Below, piece by piece: positions 36,279-45,756 of a stretch of 64,000 bases of DNA (the first letter of the stretch is position 1; the number at the start of each line of letters is the position of its first letter). The notes beneath the pieces are model-generated. The model was not told the DNA's origin. It worked only from the letters and a program-made list of their open reading frames with translations, and ran no database searches. A program made the position numbers and the translations under genes. The DNA is from an uncultured Gemmatimonadota bacterium (GTDB lineage: Bacteria; JAAXHH01). The stretch lies in NCBI GenBank assembly GCA_951812955.1, contig OX638340.1, forward strand, positions 3,232,001-3,296,000, given 5' to 3'.

Positions 36279-37406
36279 TCAGGCCGGCTGCAGACGCTTT
36301 TGTTCTATGGCTTCCATCAGTTTCACGAAGGGGTCCACGAATTTCATCACCCCTTCTTCCACAAGCTGGTCGGATACCCGTTCCATCGAGATTCCGGCTT
36401 TCTCCACATTGGCCAGAACCGATCCGGCTTCGTCGATATTGGCTTCAAGGGTGTCGGACAGGCGCCCGTGATCGCGGAAAGCGCTCAGGGTTTCATCGGG
36501 CAGGGTATTGATGGTGTCTTTTCCGATCAATTCCTCGACGTACAGCACGTCCCGGTAGTCAGGGTTCTTGGTACTCGTGCTGGCCCACAGCAGCCGTTGC
36601 GGCCTGGCGCCTTTTTCGGCCAGCGCGTTCCAGCGCGGTGTCTCGTACAGCGCCTTGTACAGTTGGTAGGTCGTCTTGCCGTTGGCGATGGCTGTCTTGC
36701 CGATCAGGCCCCGGATCATGGCACGTACCTCCGGATCGTCGGCCTGCTCTTCCCGTTCCGCCAGCAATGCGTCGACGAGCGTATCGATCCGGCTGATGAA
36801 GAAACTGGCCACGCTCGCCGTGCCGCCGATCGCTCCCCCCGCGGCAAGGCGGTCCTCGAGCCCGCCGATGTAGGCTTCGGCCACGGTCTCGTACACGGCC
36901 CTGGAGAACAGCAGCGTTACGTTGATATTCAATCCCTCGCCGATCAACCGCCGAACGGCCGGTATGCCCGCCCGGGTCGCCGGTACCTTGATCATCACGT
37001 TCCTGCGGTCCACTTCCTCCCACAGCCGCCTGGCTTCCGCGACCGTTCCCGCAGTGTCATCAGCGAGTTCCGGCGATACCTCCAGACTCACGTAACCGTC
37101 GGCGCCTTCGGTGGCGTCATACACGGCGGAAAGCCGATCGGCGGCCTGCCGTATATCCGCAACCGCAAGTGCCTCGTAGATTTCCACGGCGTTGCGGCCC
37201 TGTGCCGCCAACAGCCCGATGTCGTCATCGTAATCCGTACTCCCCATGATGGCTTTCTCGAAAATGGCCGGATTCGAGGTCATGCCCTTCAGCCCGTCCT
37301 CATCGATCAGTCTGCTCAACCGGCCCGATGCGATCAGGTCGCGGCTGATGTTGTCCAGCCAGAAGCTCTGGCCGTGCCGTGCGAGTTGGACGAGAGGATT
37401 AGCCAT
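36279..37406 (-). CDS. tal: transaldolase (long form)
   Basis: SFWLDNISR...MTSNPAIFEKAI...NVTLLFS motifs. Confidence 0.9.
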   Translation of the reverse strand: MANPLVQLARHGQSFWLDNISRDLIASGRLSRLIDEDGLKGMTSNPAIFEKAIMGSTDYDDDIGLLAAQGRNAVEIYEALAVADIRQAADRLSAVYDATEGADGYVSLEVSPELADDTAGTVAEARRLWEEVDRRNVMIKVPATRAGIPAVRRLIGEGLNINVTLLFSRAVYETVAEAYIGGLEDRLAAGGAIGGTASVASFFISRIDTLVDALLAEREEQADDPEVRAMIRGLIGKTAIANGKTTYQLYKALYETPRWNALAEKGARPQRLLWASTSTKNPDYRDVLYVEELIGKDTINTLPDETLSAFRDHGRLSDTLEANIDEAGSVLANVEKAGISMERVSDQLVEEGVMKFVDPFVKLMEAIEQKRLQPA

Positions 37407-37508
37407 GGCGGATTCCTTTGTGCGCCGCGCAGCGGCGTGAACACGTGGTCCGTGCCGGCGCCAGGACGCCCGGTTCGGGCAGGCCGACGTACGGATCGTG
37501 CCGGTGGT

Positions 37509-38471
37509 TCAGGGTAACAGGACGATTTTCCCATATGCGCCCGGTTCCATCACGGCGACATGGGACTGCGCCGCTTCGGCCAGCGGCAACTCCTTGCCGA
37601 CCACCGGGTTGAGGGTTCCGTTTTCCAGTCCGGCGTACAACCCCGCGTGGATCGCGGCCAGGTCTTCCTCCGGGGCCAGCAGCAGGACCATGCCCAGGAT
37701 ACTGGCGTCGCGTGCCATGGCGTCCCGGGGGTTGATCTCGATCACGCCCCGGTTTCCGATGACGACGACTCTTCCGCCGAAGGCCAGCATGTTCAGGTCC
37801 CTGTCCAGATTGACGTTCGCCAACATTTCCATGATCACGTCGACGCCCCGGCCGCCGGTGAGATTCAAAATCTGATCCGTGTAGTCGGCTTCATGATGAT
37901 CGACCACGTGATGGGCGCCCTGTTCCGATACCAGGGCCGCGCCACGTTCGGAACCGGCCGTCCCGATGACCGTCATGCCGGCCGCCCGCGCGAGCTGTAC
38001 GGCCGCGATGCCGACTCCGCCACTGGCGCCGTGAACGAGTACGGTTTCTCCGGCCCGGCCCGACGCCCGCTGAAAAAGGCCGCGCCAGGCCGTCGCGTAG
38101 GGCACGTATACCCCCGCGCCTTGCGCGTAGGACACGTTCTCCGGCAGCGGATGGACCTGGTTCGCGGAACAAAGGGCCTGAGATGCGTAGGTACCGGTGA
38201 GCGTGCCGGCCAGGTACACCCGGTCGCCCACCGAGACGTGGGCGGTATCGTCACCGACCGCGGCCACGGTGCCGGCGCCGTCCATGCCCGGCGTGAACGG
38301 CAGGTCGGGTTTCATGGCGTAAGTGCCCGCGCGGATATAGGTGTCCACCGGATTCACGCCGGCGGCCTGCAGGTCCACCAGGATCTGCCCGTGGCCGGCC
38401 TGCAGGTCCGGGCAGGATTCGAGGTTCATAACGCCTGGTTCGCCGAACTCGTGAATTCGAATCGCTTCCAT
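37509..38471 (-). CDS. NADPH:quinone oxidoreductase (zeta-crystallin-like MDR)
   Basis: ATG at 38471 with GAGGAG RBS; MEAIRIHEFGEPGVM...; GASGGVG NADPH motif. Confidence 0.85.
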   Translation of the reverse strand: MEAIRIHEFGEPGVMNLESCPDLQAGHGQILVDLQAAGVNPVDTYIRAGTYAMKPDLPFTPGMDGAGTVAAVGDDTAHVSVGDRVYLAGTLTGTYASQALCSANQVHPLPENVSYAQGAGVYVPYATAWRGLFQRASGRAGETVLVHGASGGVGIAAVQLARAAGMTVIGTAGSERGAALVSEQGAHHVVDHHEADYTDQILNLTGGRGVDVIMEMLANVNLDRDLNMLAFGGRVVVIGNRGVIEINPRDAMARDASILGMVLLLAPEEDLAAIHAGLYAGLENGTLNPVVGKELPLAEAAQSHVAVMEPGAYGKIVLLP

Positions 38472-38493
38472 GTTACGTCTCCTCAATTCGGTG

Positions 38494-39807
38494 TCAGCCG
38501 CAGAGTGCTTCCATTACTTCGTAGAGCATCCTTGGGCCCCGTTCCATGTTCTCCACGGAGATGCGTTCGTCGTTGCCGTGGATACGTCGAAGTTCTTCGT
38601 CAACCAGCAGAAAAGGCATGAAGCCGTAGCAGTGTATACCCAGTTCGCGGAAGTAGTGGCTGTCCGTGAAACCCGAGAGAATGTTCGGTACGACCTCCGC
38701 GCGCTCATGGTGCCGGGATACGACGTCGCGCACCGCGTCGACCAGGTGCGAATCGAAGGGTGAGGACGTGTTCCCGAAGTTCAGTATGGTCTCCATTTCG
38801 ATCCCGTCGTCGCCGACCACGTTTTTCAAGTCCCGGACGAAGTCTCCGGGATCTTCACCCGGTAGCAGCCTGCAGTCCAGTTCGGCCGTCGCCGCCTGGG
38901 GTATGATATTGATTTTGTCGCTGCCCTGCAACATGGTTATCGAGATGGTATTGCGGAGAATCGCCGCGTAATGCTGGTTACGGAGCAGGTCCGACAGGAA
39001 CAGGCCGTCCCGGACGGACTCCCTTATATTCGAGAAGCGTTTGCGGTAACCGTCTTTCTGCAGGTGCGCGATGCCTTCGAAGTACCGCTCGGCCGCGTCC
39101 GTCACCTTGATCGGCGGCGTGTAGGCCATGATGGCATTCAGGGCGCGTATGAGCCGGTTAACGGCGGAATGGGGTTTCGGGCGGGAACCGTGGCCGGGTT
39201 CGCCGCGTGCGACCAGGCGGATCCAGAAAGGCGATTTCTCGGTGATGTCGATGGAATAGACGGCCCTGCCGTTTTCCAGTCGGCCCTTGCCGCTTTCGTT
39301 GATCAGAAACTCCGCGTCCGAGACGAGTTCCGGCCGGTTCCGGGTGATCCAGCGGGCGCCGGCCGCTCCGCCGGCCTCCTCGTCGGCGGTGACGAGAAAG
39401 ACGACGTCCCGTTTCAGGGGAAAATGGTTCCTGTGCAGCGCTAGAAACACCACCAGTTCGGCGATGCCCAGGTTCTTCATGTCCAGCGCGCCCCGTCCCC
39501 AGATGTATCCGTCCCGGACCAACCCGGCGAAGGGATCGACCGACCAATACGCGCGGTCGGCGGGAACCACGTCGCTGTGACTCAGCAACACGACGGCCCG
39601 TTTCGAATCGTCCCCTCTCAGCCTCGCGTAGAGGTTGGACCGGCCCGGAGCGGATTGGTGGACCTGGCAGTCGATGCCTTCTTCGGTAAGGACACGGTCC
39701 AGGAAGGCGGTCGCGCGGTCCTCGTTGCCTGGAGGATTCGTCGTGTCGATCCGCAGGTACTCGCTCAGCAGTTGTACGGCTTCCCGCCCCATCGCGTTCC
39801 AGTCCAA
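38494..39807 (-). CDS. M20-family metallopeptidase (ArgE/DapE/dipeptidase-like)
   Basis: HSDVVP...D motif, ...ADEEAGG..., and a C-terminal dimerisation domain. The start is either the TTG at 39807 or the ATG at 39792. Confidence 0.8.
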   Translation of the reverse strand: MDWNAMGREAVQLLSEYLRIDTTNPPGNEDRATAFLDRVLTEEGIDCQVHQSAPGRSNLYARLRGDDSKRAVVLLSHSDVVPADRAYWSVDPFAGLVRDGYIWGRGALDMKNLGIAELVVFLALHRNHFPLKRDVVFLVTADEEAGGAAGARWITRNRPELVSDAEFLINESGKGRLENGRAVYSIDITEKSPFWIRLVARGEPGHGSRPKPHSAVNRLIRALNAIMAYTPPIKVTDAAERYFEGIAHLQKDGYRKRFSNIRESVRDGLFLSDLLRNQHYAAILRNTISITMLQGSDKINIIPQAATAELDCRLLPGEDPGDFVRDLKNVVGDDGIEMETILNFGNTSSPFDSHLVDAVRDVVSRHHERAEVVPNILSGFTDSHYFRELGIHCYGFMPFLLVDEELRRIHGNDERISVENMERGPRMLYEVMEALCG

Positions 39808-39811
39808 AGTC

Positions 39812-40810
39812 CTAGCTGCTCCCTTCGGTTTGCACCGCCTGTTTGATCACGGCAATGGCGGCGAGATCGCCCACTTCGTCTCCCAGCCCGGCGGCTTCTA
39901 CGCGCACCGTGTCGTAAACCCGCTCCCAGGTTTCTCGCCGCAGGTAATCGCGAATGGGTTCCAGGAGCAGATCCCCGGCTTTGACCAGGATGGTGCCGAT
40001 TACGATGATTTCCGGGTTCAACACATTCACGATGTTGCCCAGTCCGGTGGCCATGTACCTTGCCGTCTCGTCCACGATTTGCCGCGCACAAGGGTCGTTC
40101 TTCCTGGCCGCGTCCATGACGGTTTCCGCCGTAATGCGGTCCGGGTCGCCGCCTGCGAATGCGATCAGGAGCGAGTCCGGCGCCGCTTGCGCCTTCTCCC
40201 GGGCCCGCCTGGCGATCGATGGTCCCGAACACAGGGACTCGAGGCAACCGCGCTTTCCGCAACCGCAGGCCGGTCCGTTCTCGACGATGGTCATGTGCCC
40301 CACTTCGCCGGCCGTGTCGTTCGGACCGCGGTAGAGCCTGCCGTCGAGTATGATGCCGCCGCCGATGCCGGTGCTCATGGTCATGTATACCATGTGGCGG
40401 AAGCCCCGGCCGGCCCCGAAGGACCACTCCGCGAGGGCGCACGCGTTGGCGTCGTTCTCGACGAATGCCGGCAGCGACAGCGCATCTTCGAGCCACGCTT
40501 TAAGCGGTACCTCGTCCCAGCCCGGTAGATTGGGCGGCGCGTAGACCACGCCGGTTTCCGTGTCCAGGGGGCCGCCGCAACTAACGCCGACACCGGCCAG
40601 GTCCGACGAGGAGAGGCAGGCGCGCGCCATGGCTTCGCGGGACATGTCCACCAGCGTCGCCACCACGGCTTCCGGTCCCCGATCGGCTTCCGTCGGCCGC
40701 CGGACTTTGTGCAGGATGTTCCCGTTCCGGTCGGCGATTACCACGGCCAGCTTGGTTCCGCCGACGTCGTGGCCCAGAAGGTAAGGGGCGTTCCGGTCTG
40801 GCTGGGACAT
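39812..40810 (-). CDS. ROK-family sugar kinase (glucokinase/N-acetylglucosamine kinase-like)
   Basis: HDVGGTKLAVV ATP motif; ROK zinc motif CGCGKRGCLE. Confidence 0.85.
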   Translation of the reverse strand: MSQPDRNAPYLLGHDVGGTKLAVVIADRNGNILHKVRRPTEADRGPEAVVATLVDMSREAMARACLSSSDLAGVGVSCGGPLDTETGVVYAPPNLPGWDEVPLKAWLEDALSLPAFVENDANACALAEWSFGAGRGFRHMVYMTMSTGIGGGIILDGRLYRGPNDTAGEVGHMTIVENGPACGCGKRGCLESLCSGPSIARRAREKAQAAPDSLLIAFAGGDPDRITAETVMDAARKNDPCARQIVDETARYMATGLGNIVNVLNPEIIVIGTILVKAGDLLLEPIRDYLRRETWERVYDTVRVEAAGLGDEVGDLAAIAVIKQAVQTEGSS

Positions 40811-40909
40811 GGTCGCGGGTCAGGGAATGGATCCGGCAGTTAAAAAACCGCCTTCCGGTTTTGCAGGAAAGCATGCAGTAATTATAGCGCGCGGGCGTCT
40901 TATGTCAAC

Positions 40910-40955
40910 TGCTTTCAATCGGTTGTCACGCGTGCTTTCAATCGGTTGTCACGCG
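40910..40955. repeat. 23-bp direct repeat x2 (tgctttcaatcggttgtcacgcg) in divergent intergenic region
   Basis: Two perfect adjacent copies between ROK (-) and the 41109 gene (+). Confidence 0.5.
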
Positions 40956-41108
40956 GTTCGGCGCAGTCAAAAACAGATTGACAGCAACGGTCCGAACCGG
41001 GCATTTTGCAGGAGTCTGCAGGCCGCTGACCAACACGTGCGGCCTCGACCTCGACGCACGGATCCGCGGCCGTTCGACGGTCCGCTCAGGAATGGGAGGA
41101 AGACGGTT

Positions 41109-41609
41109 ATGCTGTTTGATACCAAGATACTGTGGATGTGGCTGCACGTACTGGGCGTCGTACTCTGGGCGGGCGGTTTCTTCTACGTCCTCGTCGCGCT
41201 CACCCCGGCGCTCCGGTCGGGCAGGGCATCGGAGGAGCGCGTGGAGATCATGCGCAGGACCGGCGCCATATTCCGGCGCGTTTCCTGGACGGCGATCATC
41301 ATCCTGGTCGTGAGCGGTTCGTTCAGCCTGTACAACCGGATCATGGATGGGTTAGCCGCCCGGGCGATGTCGTCCCAGCCGGAGCTTTATCCGCTGCTTC
41401 CCCCGGGCTACGAAGCGCTGATGACCGTCAAGCTCCTGATCGTCATCGCGCTGATCGTGCACCACGCGGTCAGGCTGCTGGAACCCCGGGTCCTCGATGA
41501 CGGCAGTATCGGTTTCAAGTCCAGGGCGTCGGGTATCGTGGGCGCCGTGCTTTTCGCTGCGGCGGTGCTGTTAGGCCTGATCCTGCTGACCATGAACGTC
41601 TCTGTCTGA
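41109..41609 (+). CDS. hypothetical 4-5 TM membrane protein (possible cytochrome oxidase assembly/CopD-like)
   Basis: Hydrophobic helices with conserved His residues; the context is upstream of ctaB and DUF420. No family is recognised. Confidence 0.4.
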   Translation: MLFDTKILWMWLHVLGVVLWAGGFFYVLVALTPALRSGRASEERVEIMRRTGAIFRRVSWTAIIILVVSGSFSLYNRIMDGLAARAMSSQPELYPLLPPGYEALMTVKLLIVIALIVHHAVRLLEPRVLDDGSIGFKSRASGIVGAVLFAAAVLLGLILLTMNVSV

Positions 41610-41737
41610 ATCTGCGAACGAGAGCCCCGGGCATGCCGCGGGACGGAGAACGGGCCGGACGCCGCTTCCATCTTAAGGGCTTCGGCGCTGCAGTTCACCG
41701 TTGAAGCGGCCATCCATCAGGCCAGGGAGGCCTGTCC

Positions 41738-42583
41738 ATGAAGGACTTCATCGCCCTGACCAAGCCCGGCCTGGTCATCATGCTGGTTCTGACCACCTGC
41801 GTCGGGTTCTACCTGGGTTCCGACGGACCGGTGGACTGGCTGCTACTGCTGCATACGCTGGCCGGAACCGCCCTGGCGGCCGGGGGCACGCTCGCCCTGA
41901 ACCAGTTCATTGAAAGAGACCGGGATGCGCTGATGCGTCGAACCCGGTCGCGTCCGCTCCCCGCGGGGAAGTTGCGGCCCGCGCAGGCCCTCGGGTTCGG
42001 CGTGGCCATCACGGCCGCGGGCCTGCTGTACCTGGCGCTGGTGGTCAACCTGCTGAGCTGCTCGGTCACCGCGGCGATTACCGCCACCTACCTTTTTCTA
42101 TACACGCCGCTCAAACACCGCACGACGCTGTCGACCGTATTCGGCGCGGTCCCGGGCGCGTTACCCCCGGTAACGGGATGGGCTGCGGCCCGGAACGACC
42201 TGGGGCTGGAGGCCGGCGTCCTCTTCGCCATCCTCTTTCTCTGGCAGATGCCCCACGCCCTCGCGCTGGCCTGGCTCTTCCGCGAAGACTACGCCCGCGC
42301 AGGATTTCAACTGTTGCCCGCCGTCGATCCCGAAGGCAGGTTCACAAGCGTGCAGATCCTGATCAACTGCCTGGCACTGACCGCTTTCAGCCTGGTCCCG
42401 ACCATACTCGGCATCGCCGGTGTCCTTTATTTCTACGTCGCGCTCGCCGCCGGACTGGGACTGCTCGCTTTTGCCATCCACCTGACCGTGACCCGGACCC
42501 TGGCTTCGGCCCGGACCCTGTTCTTCGCGTCCCTGGTGTTCCTGCTCGTCCAGTTCTCGGTGATGGCCTATGACAAGGTGTGA
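41738..42583 (+). CDS. ctaB: protoheme IX farnesyltransferase (heme O synthase)
   Basis: UbiA-family motifs (…DRDALMRRTRSRPLPAG…, second Asp-rich motif); 9 TM. Confidence 0.9.
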   Translation: MKDFIALTKPGLVIMLVLTTCVGFYLGSDGPVDWLLLLHTLAGTALAAGGTLALNQFIERDRDALMRRTRSRPLPAGKLRPAQALGFGVAITAAGLLYLALVVNLLSCSVTAAITATYLFLYTPLKHRTTLSTVFGAVPGALPPVTGWAAARNDLGLEAGVLFAILFLWQMPHALALAWLFREDYARAGFQLLPAVDPEGRFTSVQILINCLALTAFSLVPTILGIAGVLYFYVALAAGLGLLAFAIHLTVTRTLASARTLFFASLVFLLVQFSVMAYDKV

Positions 42584-42586
42584 AGC

Positions 42587-43009
42587 ATGCTGGAAATCTC
42601 CGACCTCCCCCTGGTGAATGCCTGCCTGAACACAATCAGCGCATCTTTTCTGGTCGCGGGCTATATCAACATCAGGAAACGCAGAATTTCCGCACACAGA
42701 GCGTGCATGCTGGGCGCGGTCGCGGCATCGGTCCTGTTCCTCACGACCTATCTGATTTACCACTTCTATCACGGAAGCACGCCCTTCACCGGCGAAGGTT
42801 GGACGCGTTACGTGTATTTCACCATCCTGATCAGCCATACGATCCTGGCGACAGCCATCGTGCCCATGGTCGTGCTGACGCTGCGGCACGCGCTGACGGG
42901 TCGTTTCGAGCGTCACGCGCCACTGGCGAGGTGGACCCTGCCGATCTGGCTTTACGTGTCCGTCACCGGTGTGCTGGTCTACCTGATGCTGTACCACTGG
43001 CAGGGATAA
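42587..43009 (+). CDS. DUF420-family membrane protein (often linked to heme-copper oxidase operons)
   Basis: 4-TM 140-aa protein with the pattern LVAGYINIRKRR...H..Y.; it lies 3 bp after ctaB. Confidence 0.55.
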   Translation: MLEISDLPLVNACLNTISASFLVAGYINIRKRRISAHRACMLGAVAASVLFLTTYLIYHFYHGSTPFTGEGWTRYVYFTILISHTILATAIVPMVVLTLRHALTGRFERHAPLARWTLPIWLYVSVTGVLVYLMLYHWQG

Positions 43010-43023
43010 GCGGGATGGCCGCT

Positions 43024-43557
43024 ATGAACATTACAATCCGGAAGATGACGCTGGCCGCGTTGATGATCGCGCTCATGACGCTGGCGACGCTGATCATTCG
43101 GATCCCCAATCCGGCTACGCAGGGATACATCAATCTGGGCGACGCCATGCTCATGACCATCGCCCTCCTCTTCGGCTGGCGTATCGGCGGCCTCGCGGGC
43201 GGTGTCGGTTCCGCCCTGGCAGATGCGCTGGGCGGCTACTTCATCTGGGCGCCGTGGACGCTCGTCATCAAGGGGATCGAAGGGATTCTGGTCGGAGTGA
43301 TCGCGGCATGGGGCTTCCGTGAAGGGTCCGGTCCCCGCCGGATCGCGGCCTTCGCCGCAATGGTCTCGGGCGGCGCATGGATGGTATTCGGGTACTACAT
43401 GGCCGGATCGGTACTGTTCGGAGGCGTCGCCGCGCTGACGGAGATCCCGGGGAACCTGACGCAGGCCGGGGTGGCAGTGGTGGTGGCCCTTCCCCTGTCC
43501 GTCCTATTGAGAAACGCCTTGAAACGGAGCGATTATGGAACTCTCGCACCTCGATGA
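43024..43557 (+). CDS. ECF-transporter S (substrate-capture) component, substrate unknown
   Basis: ~177-aa 5-6 TM protein with an S-component-like core (…NLGDAMLMTIALLFGWRIGGLAGGVGSALADALGGY…). Its 3' end overlaps moaC by 23 nt. Confidence 0.55.
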   Translation: MNITIRKMTLAALMIALMTLATLIIRIPNPATQGYINLGDAMLMTIALLFGWRIGGLAGGVGSALADALGGYFIWAPWTLVIKGIEGILVGVIAAWGFREGSGPRRIAAFAAMVSGGAWMVFGYYMAGSVLFGGVAALTEIPGNLTQAGVAVVVALPLSVLLRNALKRSDYGTLAPR

Positions 43558-44026
43558 AAAAGGACGTGTCCGCATGGTGGACGTGACGGAGAAACCGGTA
43601 ACGGAAAGGCGTGCGGTGGCCTACGGGGAAATAAGGGCCGCAACCGACACCATCCGGAAGATCTCCGCCGACGAAATGGGCAAGGGCGACGTGCTGACCA
43701 CCGCGAAGATCGCGGGCATCTCGGCGGCCAAGCGTACGGGCGACCTCATTCCCATGTGCCATCCCATCCCGCTGGACCACGTGGAGATCGACATTTCTCT
43801 GGACGAGGATGCGGCCAGGATCGGCATCCTTGCCACGGCGTTGTCATCGGGGAAGACCGGGGTGGAAATGGAAGCCCTGACGGCCGTCTCCGTGGCCGCC
43901 CTGACCATCTACGACATGTGCAAGGCCGTGGACCGGACCATGGAGATCGCTTCCATCCTGCTGGTGGAAAAGGAAGGCGGCCGTTCCGGAAGGTTTATTC
44001 GGCCGGGGTGGGAGGGGCCGGGGTAG
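43535..44026 (+). CDS. moaC: cyclic pyranopterin monophosphate synthase MoaC
   Basis: LSHLDEKGRVRMVDV...IPMCHPIPL...EMEALTAVSVAALTIYDM. Confidence 0.9.
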   Translation: MELSHLDEKGRVRMVDVTEKPVTERRAVAYGEIRAATDTIRKISADEMGKGDVLTTAKIAGISAAKRTGDLIPMCHPIPLDHVEIDISLDEDAARIGILATALSSGKTGVEMEALTAVSVAALTIYDMCKAVDRTMEIASILLVEKEGGRSGRFIRPGWEGPG

Positions 44027-44429
44027 TTTTCCTTATAGTGTTTTGAGACTGGCCCAGAACTATATTCGTAGCGCAGTAGTTGACTGTCTTGTTTACATAA
44101 TGAGCAAGGCACATACATGCCAATTTCGTCCTGATTGCAATAAGGATATATGATCTAAAATGTTTTCAGATAGCCCGTTCTAGGAGGTTTTCTAAACTAC
44201 CATTATCGAATTCTTAAAGATGGTTTCGCTTCCAACAGTTCGTGAGCGTATCGGATTCCAGACCTTCGACTCTTCCAACCCCCTTTAAAATCAGTCATGT
44301 ACTTCAGTTTCAAGAATTCCACTCTTTCGCCATACACATTTGGTTTTTCATAATCCCTCCAAAACATCCAACTTTCCAATTCCGACACGTCTTGATCCAG
44401 AAGATGATTTCTGGAAATATAGAGTTTGC

Positions 44430-44819
44430 CTACACCATCTTGTATCGAGCAGGTCCTTTCTTCCGAGCGGGAGGCAGTTTGGTTACAAAGCCCTGTTTGA
44501 CCAACCAGTTCATTGAAGCATGAACCAAGCTTCTTGACGATCTTTTGGGGTCGGCTTTTGTTTCCAACAGTCCGTTGGTTCGTAACATATGGAGTTCCTT
44601 GCAGAGATCGTCGGTATCCAATACCGAGCCGGGATGGGCAATAAACATCCGGCGGATACACTCTGTTGGGGTTTCTCTTTCAAAAAGTGTATTATCTGTT
44701 TCTGTGGACCGTGTGGCTTCATACTCCTTGTTCAATTCAAGGACGCCATTTAAACGATCTATCTCTTTCTCGAGCTCGGAAACTCTCTGTTTTACCCACG
44801 ATAAAAATGATTCATTCAC
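44430..44819 (-). CDS. hypothetical protein (N-terminal coiled coil), island-borne
   Basis: 129-aa ORF with AAAGGTGA RBS 6 nt upstream of the ATG and AT-rich codon usage; it overlaps another -strand ORF (44203..44661) in a different frame. Confidence 0.3.
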   Translation of the reverse strand: MNESFLSWVKQRVSELEKEIDRLNGVLELNKEYEATRSTETDNTLFERETPTECIRRMFIAHPGSVLDTDDLCKELHMLRTNGLLETKADPKRSSRSLVHASMNWLVKQGFVTKLPPARKKGPARYKMV

Positions 44820-44841
44820 CTTTCACCCCCGTGGAAAAGGA

Positions 44842-44870
44842 TTGACATAGATGACCAAACAAGATATCAT
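44842..44870 (+). promoter_or_regulatory. near-consensus sigma70 promoter TTGACA-N17-TATCAT
   Basis: Read directly; it points rightwards into the tRNA-like fragment and is divergent from the 44819 gene. Confidence 0.45.
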
Positions 44871-44893
44871 AATAGGCAGTTGGGAGTGAAACG

Positions 44894-44925
44894 AGGAAGC
44901 CCCGCCGGGAGTCGAACCCGGACCT
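44894..44925 (-). other. tRNA-derived 3' fragment (T-arm CCGGG-TTCGACT-CCCGG + acceptor 3' strand), no matching 5' half
   Basis: The plus strand shows ...gagtcgaacccgg..., the reverse complement of a canonical T-loop. The upstream sequence cannot pair as an acceptor or anticodon stem, so this looks like a partial att-site-like tRNA copy rather than a gene. Confidence 0.35.
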
Positions 44926-44996
44926 CACCCTTCGTGTGCAGTGGCTCTTTCCTTTAAGCTACGAGGCCCCTCGCTCTCAAACCTTCCAGCTACATC

Positions 44997-45039
44997 GGGT
45001 TGCCCTAGATCCTCCCAGATCAACGTACAGGGGCAACCC
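44997..45039. repeat. 9-bp perfect inverted repeat (gggttgccc...gggcaaccc) with 25-nt loop
   Basis: Read directly. Confidence 0.5.
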
Positions 45040-45672
45040 GACCTTCTAATATACATAACGACCATAAGATTGTCTGTCAACAGTTATTTCGTCGAGACAG
45101 TATAGAATTGCCTGTCCACACTGTTTACAGTAGACAACAGGCGTAATATCACAATAGCAAAGAAAAAGCGCAAGCAAAACAGTCAAGAGTGTTCACTGGG
45201 CAGAATCGGGGCAGAATCGTGAAAGATATCTGCCCGCACCGGCTACACCGGAACAGGTGGGAGTGTATCGTCCAAGAATAGGGCTTTGGAATAATGTCGT
45301 GAGACATGAGGACAAGAAAAATGGGTAAGTCGGTTAACCTACGAACGCTTGAGATTGATTACCTTAAGGCGGTAAATGACCGGGATCTAGCCGATCAGCG
45401 TGTAAGGGACCTAAAGCGTATCGCCCTACACCCCGTTCGTTGGCGAATTCATTCACAGCGAAATTGATGGCGTGGAATGGGAAACGAACTGGCAGCTACG
45501 GACACCCCGCTTGGCGGTAACTCGGAGGTCTATGCACTATGGTAGAAAAGTTGCCCGAGCAGTCTACAGAGGTGCTCACCAACTCTACCAACTAAGTAAA
45601 ACGGGCTTGGGCTGGACATGATTAGGAAGGCACATATCTCCTAAAGAACAGATCGATAGGCGATGTTTTTTC

Positions 45673-45700
45673 TTGACGTACTTTTAATCTTGCCTATATT
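45673..45700 (+). promoter_or_regulatory. argR promoter candidate TTGACG-N16-TATATT
   Basis: Good -35/-10 hexamers, 60 bp upstream of the argR ATG. Confidence 0.45.
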
Positions 45701-45705
45701 GCGTC

Positions 45706-45756
45706 CGTGCATGAATGGAATAATAATTCCTAATTATGGATAAATATTCATCGAAC
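45706..45756 (+). promoter_or_regulatory. ARG-box-like operator(s) (TGAAT…ATTC palindromes) overlapping argR 5' UTR
   Basis: tATGGATaaatATTCAt (45735..45752) matches the 18-bp ARG box consensus TNTGAATWWWWATTCANW with one mismatch. An upstream tgcATGAATggaataATaATTCC half-site-rich stretch is also present. Confidence 0.45.

Noticed and set aside
44203-44661. A 152-aa ORF on the minus strand in the AT-rich insert.
   Set aside because: It overlaps the better-supported 129-aa ORF (44430..44819) by 230 bp in another frame. It has no RBS at its annotated start. Only a C-terminal 54-codon sub-ORF (44203..44367) could be real.
44881-44990. Possible intact tRNA gene on the minus strand near 44894..44970.
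   Set aside because: The T-arm and acceptor 3' strand are canonical, but no 5' acceptor strand, D-arm or anticodon stem can be paired in any register that I tried. It is interpreted as a tRNA-derived fragment. tRNAscan-SE should be run to confirm.
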